Shown: in pieces, positions 49,496 through 58,519 of the stretch | How the letters are laid out: each line of letters starts with the position of its first letter | Numbering within the stretch: the stretch's first letter is position 1 | Origin: Bacillales bacterium UBA1188 | Lineage (GTDB): Bacteria > Bacillota_I > Bacilli_A > Izemoplasmatales > UBA1188 | DNA length: 64,000 nt | Direction: 5' to 3' | Assembly: GCA_002310135.1 (NCBI GenBank) | Contig: DBYK01000001.1 | Span: 244,397 to 308,396 of the forward strand | The notes under the pieces: model-generated | Database searches by the model: none | What the model saw: the letters and a program-made list of their open reading frames with translations, nothing else | Told to the model about the DNA's origin: nothing | Translations under genes and position numbers: made by a program

Positions 49496-50249
49496 CTTTC
49501 CTCCTTAAACTATATTCATAAATACTATCAAGTGCGATTAAAGATAATTCTTTTTCTCCTTTTATCCTTTCATCTTCACCTAAAAAACCTTTTAGATTCT
49601 CAAGGACACTTGCGAGTGTTAAAACTGCAGTTTTAACTCCCATTAGTCTTCCAAGGACTAAAATAAGGCTTGATTCCATATCAATCCCAACAATTCCTAA
49701 AGATTTAGCTTTAATAAATGTTTTAGATATGTCTCTAGACATTTCTTTAGATAATTTTGATTCTTTCATTAAAGAATAAAATCCATCTAAAGTTAAATTT
49801 AGACCATTATCACATATCTTATTCCTTTTCTTAACTTCTTCACTTATTACACTCACAAATTCATGGTCCGCTACTGCAGGATAATCTCTATCTACATAAG
49901 TTAGACTAGTCCTTTCTGACCTAACGGATGCGATAGGCACTATATAGTGGCCTAGAAGTTCTTCTTTTAGGCTCATCACAGTTCCCATCCTTAGCGCTAC
50001 TTCCATTCCACATTCATACATCTCTTCCATTGCGATAGCGGAAGATGGGGAACCTATTCCTGTAGAAGTTATAGTGACTTTTAATCCTTTATAAAAGCCT
50101 GTATAAGTATTGAATTCTCTTGAGTGTGATACTTGAATAGGATTATCTAAGAATTGTTTTAAAATTTCTACTCTAAAAGGATCACCACTAAATATCACAT
50201 ATTTAGATATATCATCCTTCCCTGCTTCTAAATATAAAGTCTTTTTCAT
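49482..50249 (-). CDS. Nucleoside phosphorylase, uridine-phosphorylase-like (PNP_UDP_1)
   Basis: FSGDPFRVE, SREFNTYTGFYKGLKVTITSTGIGSPSSAIAMEE, LRMGT and IDMESS blocks. Confidence 0.75.
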   Translation of the reverse strand: MKKTLYLEAGKDDISKYVIFSGDPFRVEILKQFLDNPIQVSHSREFNTYTGFYKGLKVTITSTGIGSPSSAIAMEEMYECGMEVALRMGTVMSLKEELLGHYIVPIASVRSERTSLTYVDRDYPAVADHEFVSVISEEVKKRNKICDNGLNLTLDGFYSLMKESKLSKEMSRDISKTFIKAKSLGIVGIDMESSLILVLGRLMGVKTAVLTLASVLENLKGFLGEDERIKGEKELSLIALDSIYEYSLRRKDAKI

Positions 50250-51181
50250 TTTTCAACTCCATATAATTTTAAATATCTTTTATGAAACTTGTCGTAGGTT
50301 GGAATGTTTGAGATGCAACCCATCTTTTCAATGATAAATGATGATAGAACACTCCCATATCTTCCACAAGTTTCATAACATCTATTATTTAAATAACCAA
50401 ATATAAAACCAGAAAGATATGCATCTCCTGCCCCAGTTGTATCAACAATTTTCTTGCCTTCAACAATATCGATTTTTATAGTATTTTTTCTTGTGTAGAT
50501 TGTGCTTCCTTTTTTGCCTCTAGTCACAACGAAAGAATCCAATCTTTCAAATTTAAAGAACTCTTTTATATTATTAAATCCGAAAAGATTTTTAAGTTCT
50601 TTCGCTTCTTCTTTATTAGCGAATATTATTTTTGTTTGATTCATGACATCCCTAATTACATCATCAGTGAATCCACTTCTATCTAATTTCATTCCAAGAA
50701 TGATATCTAAATCATATTTTTTAGCGAGTTTAATAATCTCTAGATTATCTTTCATTGAATTAATTGTCATAATCACAACTTTTGCGTTTTCAAATAATGA
50801 TTCATCATAACTCTCAAAATAATCTTGGGACATTGCGCCGGGTGAAAAAAGAGTAATATGATCTCCATTTTTAAGCTCAATTAGATATGAACAACTAGTC
50901 TTTTCACCTTTTATTTCTTTTACTCCTTTTAAATCTACATTGTGTTTTAGAAGAAATGATTTATATTTAGTCTTTTCAAAATCATCACCAACTCTAATAA
51001 TTGGTGTAGATATTAGACCTAACCTTGATAATATAGAACTAATATTAACTGAACATCCACCATAATAAATATTACCTGAATTCTTATTAGTGACTAGACT
51101 AGTTTCACCCACTTTTAGTTCTTTATCAACCTTGATTATTCTATCCAGACTAGGATAACCACAAACTAATATATTTTTCAT
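50246..51181 (-). CDS. PfkB-family carbohydrate/nucleoside kinase
   Basis: 311 aa. YYGGCSVN sits near the N-terminus and VDTTGAGDAYLSGF is the catalytic block. Confidence 0.8.
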   Translation of the reverse strand: MKNILVCGYPSLDRIIKVDKELKVGETSLVTNKNSGNIYYGGCSVNISSILSRLGLISTPIIRVGDDFEKTKYKSFLLKHNVDLKGVKEIKGEKTSCSYLIELKNGDHITLFSPGAMSQDYFESYDESLFENAKVVIMTINSMKDNLEIIKLAKKYDLDIILGMKLDRSGFTDDVIRDVMNQTKIIFANKEEAKELKNLFGFNNIKEFFKFERLDSFVVTRGKKGSTIYTRKNTIKIDIVEGKKIVDTTGAGDAYLSGFIFGYLNNRCYETCGRYGSVLSSFIIEKMGCISNIPTYDKFHKRYLKLYGVEK

Positions 51182-51741
51182 AATTCACCAAATGAAAGCA
51201 TATTTTTATATTCTATTAGTGTGATAGTCTTTCCTATATATTTGTTGATGGTTTCTAAAAACATGAGCCCAACACTATCATCTTTAGTCGCAACCGCATC
51301 TTCTATAACGAAGACATTATAATTTAAATAATATGCATCAAGGGCAGAAGAGAATATGCAGTTATCAGTTTTAATTCCAACTAATACTACATTTTCAATT
51401 GAATTCTCTTTTAAAACTAAATCTAGATCTGTTGCAAAGAACGAACTATATCTTCTCTTATTTATGATATAGTCAGTAGGTTTAGTTTCTAACTCTTTAA
51501 TAATCTCTGAGCCAATAGTGCCCTCGATTAAACACTCCCTCATATTTAAGAGATTCTTATCATATTTATCTTTTCTATAAGAATGTTTCATAAATATGAT
51601 GAGCTTATCATATCTTCTAGATAACTCTAATGCATATTTAACATCAGGAATGATTTTCCTATATTTAGGATAGAATACTTTACCATTTTCTTCTAAAAAA
51701 TCATTAAGCATATCTACTACAATAAAAGCTGTCTTATTCAT
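51178..51741 (-). CDS. Isochorismatase-family cysteine hydrolase
   Basis: The catalytic-triad context fits: FIVVDMLNDF (Asp), INKRRYS (Lys), GIKTDNCI (Cys). Confidence 0.8.
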   Translation of the reverse strand: MNKTAFIVVDMLNDFLEENGKVFYPKYRKIIPDVKYALELSRRYDKLIIFMKHSYRKDKYDKNLLNMRECLIEGTIGSEIIKELETKPTDYIINKRRYSSFFATDLDLVLKENSIENVVLVGIKTDNCIFSSALDAYYLNYNVFVIEDAVATKDDSVGLMFLETINKYIGKTITLIEYKNMLSFGEL

Positions 51742-52651
51742 CTTGATACACTCCTCTCATAAGTGATTTTCTTCTTTTTATAATTGCGGTAACTGTGAGA
51801 ACTATGACTATCGCAACATACGGAACTATTTTTAAGATTCCTTCCACTTGAGGCATATTGAATGCGAGAGTGAAAGCGAGCGCTTTCGCAAGCCCAAAAA
51901 GTAGGGCATAAAGAAGGGATGATGAAGGCTTACCGTTACCACAATAAAAGGCTGCGATAGCGATAAAACCAGTACCCGCAATTATATCAGGGGTAAATAG
52001 TTTTATCTGTTCAACAGCGATAGCGAATCCTCCAAGACCCACTATTAAAGCTGACAATATTAAAGCTAAATATTTTATTAAATCAACTTTTATTCCTTGA
52101 GCTCTTGCGGCTTTTTCATTTTCTCCAATTACCTTTATATAAGTCCCAAATCTAGTTGAATTGAATATTACTACAAGTAATATAAATATAATAATAGTGA
52201 TAAAAAACATTGGGCTATGTGAATTGATGAGTCCATTAAGTATTGGTATGTTTTCAGTTCCACTAAACACAAGTTTTAGATTTTCTGCGTTTACTACATT
52301 TAAATCTAAATCTTTTCTATCCATCGTTATTAAAATATAGGCGGATAGTGCCCCCGCAATTACATTTATTGCGAATCCAGTAATGATGAAATTGGATTTT
52401 AATTTAATCGCAAAAAATGCATATATTAGGCCAATTAGACCTGAAAATATAAGACATATCAATAAACCTACTACATAACTTTTGGTGTAATAGACTCCAA
52501 GCCCTGAGAATAATCCTCCAAGAAGCATAAATCCTTCAAGTCCAATATTTACTATATTCAATTTATATGCGATTAATCCTCCAAGAGTTGAAAGGACAAT
52601 TGGAAGCGCAAATATAAATGTGTTTATCAATATAACATCTATTACTTTCAT
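51734..52651 (-). CDS. ABC transporter permease (BMP/nucleoside-type, NupQ/YufQ-like)
   Basis: 305 aa with about 8-9 TM helices. It overlaps both neighbours within the ABC cassette. Confidence 0.8.
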   Translation of the reverse strand: MKVIDVILINTFIFALPIVLSTLGGLIAYKLNIVNIGLEGFMLLGGLFSGLGVYYTKSYVVGLLICLIFSGLIGLIYAFFAIKLKSNFIITGFAINVIAGALSAYILITMDRKDLDLNVVNAENLKLVFSGTENIPILNGLINSHSPMFFITIIIFILLVVIFNSTRFGTYIKVIGENEKAARAQGIKVDLIKYLALILSALIVGLGGFAIAVEQIKLFTPDIIAGTGFIAIAAFYCGNGKPSSSLLYALLFGLAKALAFTLAFNMPQVEGILKIVPYVAIVIVLTVTAIIKRRKSLMRGVYQDE

Positions 52652-53799
52652 TCTTTATCCACCTCTATTTTTTGTCTTTTATTCTTTTTCTTTTCAAAAT
52701 AGAGTTCACATTTATTGATGAAGTTTTTAAGCCTAATATATTCAATAGATGATTTGTTTGTGAAAATCTTAAATGATAAGAATAAGATTAATAATCCTTG
52801 GATGATTAAAATAATTTGGCCTGGGACAATTGTGTTAAAACTAACATAATTAACTCCCGCTTTTAATATCCCATAAAATAGTGATGAAATTAATATACCT
52901 ATTGGTGAATGAGCACCAAGAAGCGATATAACCATTCCATCCCAACCAAGTCCAGGACTACCAGAAAAATCTAGAGCATATGATTTTTTATCTGACATTA
53001 ACCATCCTGCACCAGCAATTCCAGCGATTGCCCCAGATAGAAGCATGATTCCAATAATGCTTTTTTTAACATTGAGTCCTACTGCCTCACTATAGCAAGT
53101 ATTCTTCCCAAGGGCATCTATTCTATAACCTAACTTAGTTCTTTTAATTAGGAATAATAATATGAAGAAAATGAGTATTGCGATAAAGAAAAATAGGGTA
53201 AATGAACTACCTAAAAACCCGGTTAAACTAGCATTTTGCCCTATTGTGAATGTCTTTATGTATCCTGCTTGTTTATCTCTTATTCCATCAACATAAGTTG
53301 TTAGATACTTGAGTATATCTATATATGCATAATTTAGAAGTAGTGTTACAACCATCTCATTAACGTTTAAATAAGCTTTTAAGATTGCGGGGATTATTAA
53401 TACAATTATCCCACAGATTGCGCCTACTAAAAATAAGAATGGAATTAGGACTCCTTTAGGCCAACTTTTAAGATAATATCCAAGTACCGCAGTCACAAAA
53501 CCTGAAACTATAACTCCACTTTCAACTCCCATATTGAATAGTCCTGCCTTAAAGCTTATTCCAATAGCCATACCAGTTAAAATTAGAGGAGCCATAGTGT
53601 GAAACAAAGTTGCGATATTATCAAAACTTGTGAAGTTTCCAAATATCATATAGAAATATACTTTAAATGGATTTTCATTTTGAATTAAGATAGGAATTAT
53701 AGCGATTATAAGTGCGAGTAGGATAGGAACTAATACATTGATTAAAGTCGATAAAATTCCTGTCTTCTTCTCTATTTTTTTATTAAGTTTGGCTTCCAA
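52648..53799 (-). CDS. ABC transporter permease (NupP/YufP-like)
   Basis: 383 aa, polytopic, adjacent to the duplicated ATPase. Confidence 0.8.
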   Translation of the reverse strand: MEAKLNKKIEKKTGILSTLINVLVPILLALIIAIIPILIQNENPFKVYFYMIFGNFTSFDNIATLFHTMAPLILTGMAIGISFKAGLFNMGVESGVIVSGFVTAVLGYYLKSWPKGVLIPFLFLVGAICGIIVLIIPAILKAYLNVNEMVVTLLLNYAYIDILKYLTTYVDGIRDKQAGYIKTFTIGQNASLTGFLGSSFTLFFFIAILIFFILLFLIKRTKLGYRIDALGKNTCYSEAVGLNVKKSIIGIMLLSGAIAGIAGAGWLMSDKKSYALDFSGSPGLGWDGMVISLLGAHSPIGILISSLFYGILKAGVNYVSFNTIVPGQIILIIQGLLILFLSFKIFTNKSSIEYIRLKNFINKCELYFEKKKNKRQKIEVDKE

Positions 53800-55351
53800 A
53801 TCCTACACCTCCCATAAGAAGTCCAAGTTCCTCGAGTGTAGTATTTTTTGCATCAACTTCTCCTATTATTTTTCCTTTATACATCACGATAATTCTATCG
53901 CTTAACGACATAATCTCAGATATCTCACTTGAGATTAATAAGATTGCCTTTCCATTTTTTGAATAATTGAGTAATGAGTTATGAATAAATTCAATCGCTC
54001 CAATGTCAATTCCTCTTGTCGGTTGAGAACAGATTAATACATCAGGCCTTTTCTCAAGTTCTCTTGCGATAATAATCTTTTGAGCATTTCCACCTGAGAG
54101 TGATGATATATTTCCTTTTTTCTCACTCAACCTTATATCATATTTATCTATTAAATTATCGCAGTGTCTATCTATTTCTTTAGTTTGAAATATTCCTCTT
54201 TTACAAATATTCTCATCATCTAGAGAAGATGCGATTAAATTATTTGTGATGGACATCTCTTCACAAAGTCCATATAAATATCTATCTTCTGGAATAATAC
54301 CTAGTCCTATTTTTCTCAATTCTTTAGGCCAAAAAGAAGTTATTCTTTGATCTTTATAATAGATATCACCAGAAGTTGGCAACATCATTCCAGTTAAAAG
54401 ATGAGCAAGTGGTGTTTGACCATTACCTTCAACTCCCGCAACACCTAATATCTCTCCAGATTTTATTTCAAAAGATACATTATCTACTACCGTTTTTCCA
54501 TCTTTATCTTTAGTTGATAAGTTTTGAACTCTATATATTACTTTTTCATTAGATAAATCTCTATATTTCTTATCTACTTTAAGAAGAACACTTCTTCCAA
54601 CCATGAGGTTCGCAATTTCTGCTTCACTAGTGTTAGAAGTTTTTAGGTAATCTATGATTTTCCCTTGTTTGATAACGTAGACGTTATCACTTATTTCCAT
54701 AACTTCTTTTAATTTATGAGTTATGATAATAATAGTTTTACCTTTTTCTTTTATCTTTTTAACGTTCTCAAAAAACTCCTCAATCTCTTGTGGAATTAAA
54801 ACCGCAGTTGGTTCATCAAATATCAAGATATCTGCGTTTCTTTGAAGCATTTTTAAAATCTCAACTTTTTGTTTAGCACCAACTGTGAGATCTTTAACTT
54901 TTTTTGATGGATCTATGTTGAAATTGTTTTCTTCTATAAGATTTTTGATTATTTCTTTTTCTTCTTTTTTCTTGATGAAACCAGTTTTTAATTTAAAAAC
55001 TTTATCTTTTCTGTATTTGATATCTAATTCAAAAACATCTTCATTACCTAAAAATATATTCTCATATACAGTAAGAGATGGAACTAATTTAAAATGTTGA
55101 TGCACCATACCGATGCCATGTTTAATAGCATCGGCAGGCGACCTAAAATCAACTTTTTCATCATTTACATATATTTCACCAGAAGTAGGCTTTAATAAGC
55201 CATATAACATATTCATTAGTGTTGTTTTGCCAGCACCATTCTCGCCCACGATTGCTAAGATTTTGCCTTTCTCAACATTAATAGAAATGTTATCGTTAGC
55301 AATAAATTCACCGAATTTCTTCGTTAAAGCAACTGTTTTAATAGCAAACAT
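53783..55351 (-). CDS. ABC transporter ATP-binding protein with two fused ATPase domains
   Basis: Walker A GENGAGKTT, signature LTVGAKQKVEI, Walker B ILIFDEPT. The second domain has GVEGNGQT, LSGGNAQK and ICSQPTRGID. Confidence 0.9.
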   Translation of the reverse strand: MFAIKTVALTKKFGEFIANDNISINVEKGKILAIVGENGAGKTTLMNMLYGLLKPTSGEIYVNDEKVDFRSPADAIKHGIGMVHQHFKLVPSLTVYENIFLGNEDVFELDIKYRKDKVFKLKTGFIKKKEEKEIIKNLIEENNFNIDPSKKVKDLTVGAKQKVEILKMLQRNADILIFDEPTAVLIPQEIEEFFENVKKIKEKGKTIIIITHKLKEVMEISDNVYVIKQGKIIDYLKTSNTSEAEIANLMVGRSVLLKVDKKYRDLSNEKVIYRVQNLSTKDKDGKTVVDNVSFEIKSGEILGVAGVEGNGQTPLAHLLTGMMLPTSGDIYYKDQRITSFWPKELRKIGLGIIPEDRYLYGLCEEMSITNNLIASSLDDENICKRGIFQTKEIDRHCDNLIDKYDIRLSEKKGNISSLSGGNAQKIIIARELEKRPDVLICSQPTRGIDIGAIEFIHNSLLNYSKNGKAILLISSEISEIMSLSDRIIVMYKGKIIGEVDAKNTTLEELGLLMGGVGFGSQT

Positions 55352-55390
55352 TCTTAAAACCTCTTTTAATAAAATATATAAATATATTTA

Positions 55391-56533
55391 TTATCTAAAA
55401 TTGAGGTTTGTAAGAGTTGTTTTGTCTAAAACTTCGTGATTTTGTGCATCAATGACATCTATTGTACCGTTTATAATAGCTGCCTTTGCATCTCTAATTT
55501 TTCTTTTAATTTCATTCCATTTAGCAATCTTTTCTTCTTTAATGAATCTTGAAATAGTGCTTAAATCTGTGATATCAGTTCCTGAATTTGCTAAGTTATA
55601 ATTTCTTACCTTTCCACCTTCAAATGTTTTGTTTTTTAATTCTTTTATGAGTTCATATACTGCAGCATCAGTTTTCTTAAGAACACTTGTTAGAACATAT
55701 CCTGGTTTTAATTCGTCTTGATTAGCATCTACATCTATCATAAATCTTTTAGCTGTTTCAGCTTCAGTTCTTATGTTTGATGCAACACCACCAGCTGCAC
55801 CATATACTGTAGATACTCCATTATCATAATATCCTTTAATCTTTTGAGCCATTTCAGTAGATGCACCAAAACCTGCTTCATATGTTTCATAAATATCATA
55901 TGTTACACCAGCTTCATGCGCTGCAGCGTTAGCTCCTTGGTAGAAACCATAACTAAATACTGTAATACCTTCACTATTAGTTCCACCAACGAATGCTAAT
56001 GCTCTATTATTAGGGAACAAATATGTGTTATCAATGAATATATCTCTATTTTCATATGCAAGAACTGCGAGCATTCCTGCAAGATATGATGATTCATTGA
56101 CACCGAATAATACTTCTGTTACATTACTATGAATCTTATTTCCCTGTTCGTTAGTGTTTGCGAAGGCATTGAATATTACAAATTGTGTATTAGGGTATTT
56201 TTCTGCGATTGGTTTTCCATTGTTGTATGATGTGATTAATCCATCAAAATTGTACTCTAGTAAAAATACTAGATCATATTTTTGTTGACCAAATTGATCT
56301 AAAGTTTTATTGATATCAACACCACTTGTGATATCAACTGTTTTAATTGTTATGTCAAATTCTTTTTCGGCTTTCTTTAAACCATCAACAGCGAATTGGT
56401 TATAGCCTTTATCATTTAGTCCTGCTGCTGACCCAATAAGTCCAACTTTTAACTTTTTGGATGTATTTTCCCTACATCCAACGAGTGCTACTGCCATAAC
56501 TATGGCAATGAGCAATCCAAATAATTTTTTCAT
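55391..56533 (-). CDS. BMP-family (Med/PnrA-like) substrate-binding lipoprotein
   Basis: Signal peptide with the lipobox ALVGC. The GSAAGLNDKGYNQ block is typical of basic membrane protein nucleoside binders. Confidence 0.85.
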   Translation of the reverse strand: MKKLFGLLIAIVMAVALVGCRENTSKKLKVGLIGSAAGLNDKGYNQFAVDGLKKAEKEFDITIKTVDITSGVDINKTLDQFGQQKYDLVFLLEYNFDGLITSYNNGKPIAEKYPNTQFVIFNAFANTNEQGNKIHSNVTEVLFGVNESSYLAGMLAVLAYENRDIFIDNTYLFPNNRALAFVGGTNSEGITVFSYGFYQGANAAAHEAGVTYDIYETYEAGFGASTEMAQKIKGYYDNGVSTVYGAAGGVASNIRTEAETAKRFMIDVDANQDELKPGYVLTSVLKKTDAAVYELIKELKNKTFEGGKVRNYNLANSGTDITDLSTISRFIKEEKIAKWNEIKRKIRDAKAAIINGTIDVIDAQNHEVLDKTTLTNLNFR

Positions 56534-56542
56534 AAAATCCTC

Positions 56543-57262
56543 CTATCTTATTTGGTTTATGTGAAACTTTATTTTGTCAGTTCTATAACTCGATTTAAAA
56601 CTTTCTATTGCGACTTCCCTTTCATTAATTATTCCATATGTAACTGCTCTAAAGAGTATTATTGGTGTATTGTTATTAATTTGTAATAATTTTGTTGTAT
56701 CTCCATATGAAAGAACGGCTTCTAATGTTCTTTTAGCTCTTGTTATTTTAACATTATATTTAGTTTCTAATATCTCATATAGTGAATATTTAGAAAAATC
56801 ATATTTATCAATTCCAGGAAAATACTTAATTGGTAAATATGTAATAGTTCTATTAACTGGATTTAAATCTGCATAATAAACTCTATCTAATTTAAATAAT
56901 TTTTCATTAGGTGATAATTCTAGTTCTTTCATCCTTTTAGGATAAGCATCAACAATTCCTTGAAAAATTGTTTTTCTGCTTGGAGTCATATGAGCTTTTT
57001 CGATATCTGATGAACAGCTATCAATAAAGAATAGATCTTGACTTGCTTCTATTTTTTTAACATATGTTCCTTTTCCATGGACTCTATAAAGTAGTCCTTC
57101 GACTACTAATTCATCAATCGCTTTTCTTACAGTGATTCTGCTTAATGAATATCTCTCACATAGTTCTCTTTCACTTGGGATTGGTTCATCTTCACCAACA
57201 CTCCCATCATCAATAAGTCTTACTAATTCTTGTTTCAAAAGATCATATTTAGGTAATCCCAT
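56543..57262 (-). CDS. GntR-family transcriptional regulator, HutC subfamily (UTRA effector domain)
   Basis: The wHTH block is IPSERELCERYSLSRITVRKAIDELVVEGLLYRVHGKGTYV. ATG 57262 has an AAGGTGG RBS. The ORF track starts at GTG 57274. Confidence 0.88.
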   Translation of the reverse strand: MGLPKYDLLKQELVRLIDDGSVGEDEPIPSERELCERYSLSRITVRKAIDELVVEGLLYRVHGKGTYVKKIEASQDLFFIDSCSSDIEKAHMTPSRKTIFQGIVDAYPKRMKELELSPNEKLFKLDRVYYADLNPVNRTITYLPIKYFPGIDKYDFSKYSLYEILETKYNVKITRAKRTLEAVLSYGDTTKLLQINNNTPIILFRAVTYGIINEREVAIESFKSSYRTDKIKFHINQIR

Positions 57263-57277
57263 ATTTACACCCACCTT

Positions 57278-57301
57278 ACTGGTAATGACATCATAACCAC
57301 T
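57278..57301 (-). promoter_or_regulatory. Candidate HutC-type operator (imperfect palindrome ACTGGTAATGAC/ATCATAACCACT)
   Basis: Its outer arms ACTGGT...ACCACT resemble the known DasR/NagR-class consensus (ACTGGTCTAGACCACT). It sits between the predicted -10 and the RBS of the regulator gene. Confidence 0.5.
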
Positions 57302-57304
57302 TAT

Positions 57305-57333
57305 ATTTTATATTGAATAATTGAATAGGTCAA
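57305..57333 (-). promoter_or_regulatory. Sigma-A-type promoter of the GntR/BMP-ABC operon
   Basis: On the minus strand: TTGACC, a 17-nt spacer, then TAAAAT. Confidence 0.55.
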
Positions 57334-57592
57334 GCCAAATCAATTATTGACTTAATCATTTGATTAATTTTTCAGAAATAATTCAAATAAAAATAGATTG
57401 ACTTATCAATCTAAGATTATTTTGTATGATTAATTAGCAAATGATTGAATAAATATAAATGTATTTTTTATATTGTTTATTTATTTTAACATATTTATTA
57501 TGTTTTTATATAATTTATTTAATTACATTTTATATGTTGTATAATTCACCTTCATTATTAATATGCCTGAATATAACCCTTCTCTTCTTTAT

Positions 57593-57622
57593 CAAAAAAG
57601 ACCTTGAACAATTCAAGATCTT
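57593..57622 (-). terminator. Terminator downstream of the vat-like gene
   Basis: 11-bp stem AAGACCTTGAA/TTCAAGATCTT with one mismatch, a short loop and T6 on the minus strand. Confidence 0.55.
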
Positions 57623-57707
57623 ATATTTTTAATATTGGCAAAGATATACAATTTTGATACAAAACGTTTGCCACTAGTTTTTATATAATTTCGTACAAAT
57701 GAAGAAA

Positions 57708-58337
57708 CTAAATTAATCTCAATAACTCTTCCTTTGTAGGATTTGCTTTAGTTATTAAAGGAATAATCTTTTGTATCTCATCAACACTTTTATCCCACCA
57801 TTTTAATTCTTCTAATACTTTTATAATATCCTCGCTAAATCTCATTTTCTTAACAACGCATGGATTTCCTGCACAGATTGAATATGATGGCAAATCCTTA
57901 CTTACTACTGAATTGGCACCTATTATTACACCATTACCAATATGAACTCCAGGTAATATTATCACATTTTGACCAATCCAACAATCATTGCCCACTATTG
58001 TATCACCTTTAAATGGCAAGTCTTTAATTTTTGGTGCATCCTGTTTCCATCCATCCATTACATAAAAGGGGAATGTTGTAGCCGCATTTATTTGATGATT
58101 TGCGCCATTCATAATAAATTCCACATTATTACCTATTTGGCAGAATTTACCAATTATCAATTTATCACCTAAAAAATCATAATGGTGTGTAACTCTAGAT
58201 TCAAAATCATTACCACTATAATATGAATAATCTCCAACTATTATATTTTTTCTTGTAATTGTTGGTTTTATATTTTTCATATTATAAAAACCTGCTTTTG
58301 GATATGTAAAATCAGGGTCTGGTACTTTGATATCCAT
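57708..58337 (-). CDS. vat: Vat-family streptogramin A / xenobiotic O-acetyltransferase
   Basis: From the internal Met at 58337 the sequence is collinear with VatD-type enzymes: VGDYSYYSG, HHYDFLGDKLIIGKFCQIGNNVEFIMNGANHQ, LPFKGDTIVGNDCWIGQNVIILPGVHIGNGVIIGANSVV, AGNPCVVKKMRF, KWWD. The 210-aa length fits the family. The open frame continues upstream to 58670 into RhuM-like sequence. Confidence 0.8.
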   Translation of the reverse strand: MDIKVPDPDFTYPKAGFYNMKNIKPTITRKNIIVGDYSYYSGNDFESRVTHHYDFLGDKLIIGKFCQIGNNVEFIMNGANHQINAATTFPFYVMDGWKQDAPKIKDLPFKGDTIVGNDCWIGQNVIILPGVHIGNGVIIGANSVVSKDLPSYSICAGNPCVVKKMRFSEDIIKVLEELKWWDKSVDEIQKIIPLITKANPTKEELLRLI

Positions 58338-58519
58338 AATTCCTTTTTCATCTATAATTGTACTACCTAATTCAATAGCTAAAGAATCGAATATGTCACC
58401 ATTAACCATTAATTTTTCTTTTTTATAACTCAATTCATTATTTTCTATATGTTGCAATCTTGAATCTATAGAATCGACCCTATTTATTAAATTAATATAA
58501 TTCTCGTTTGTTACAAGTG

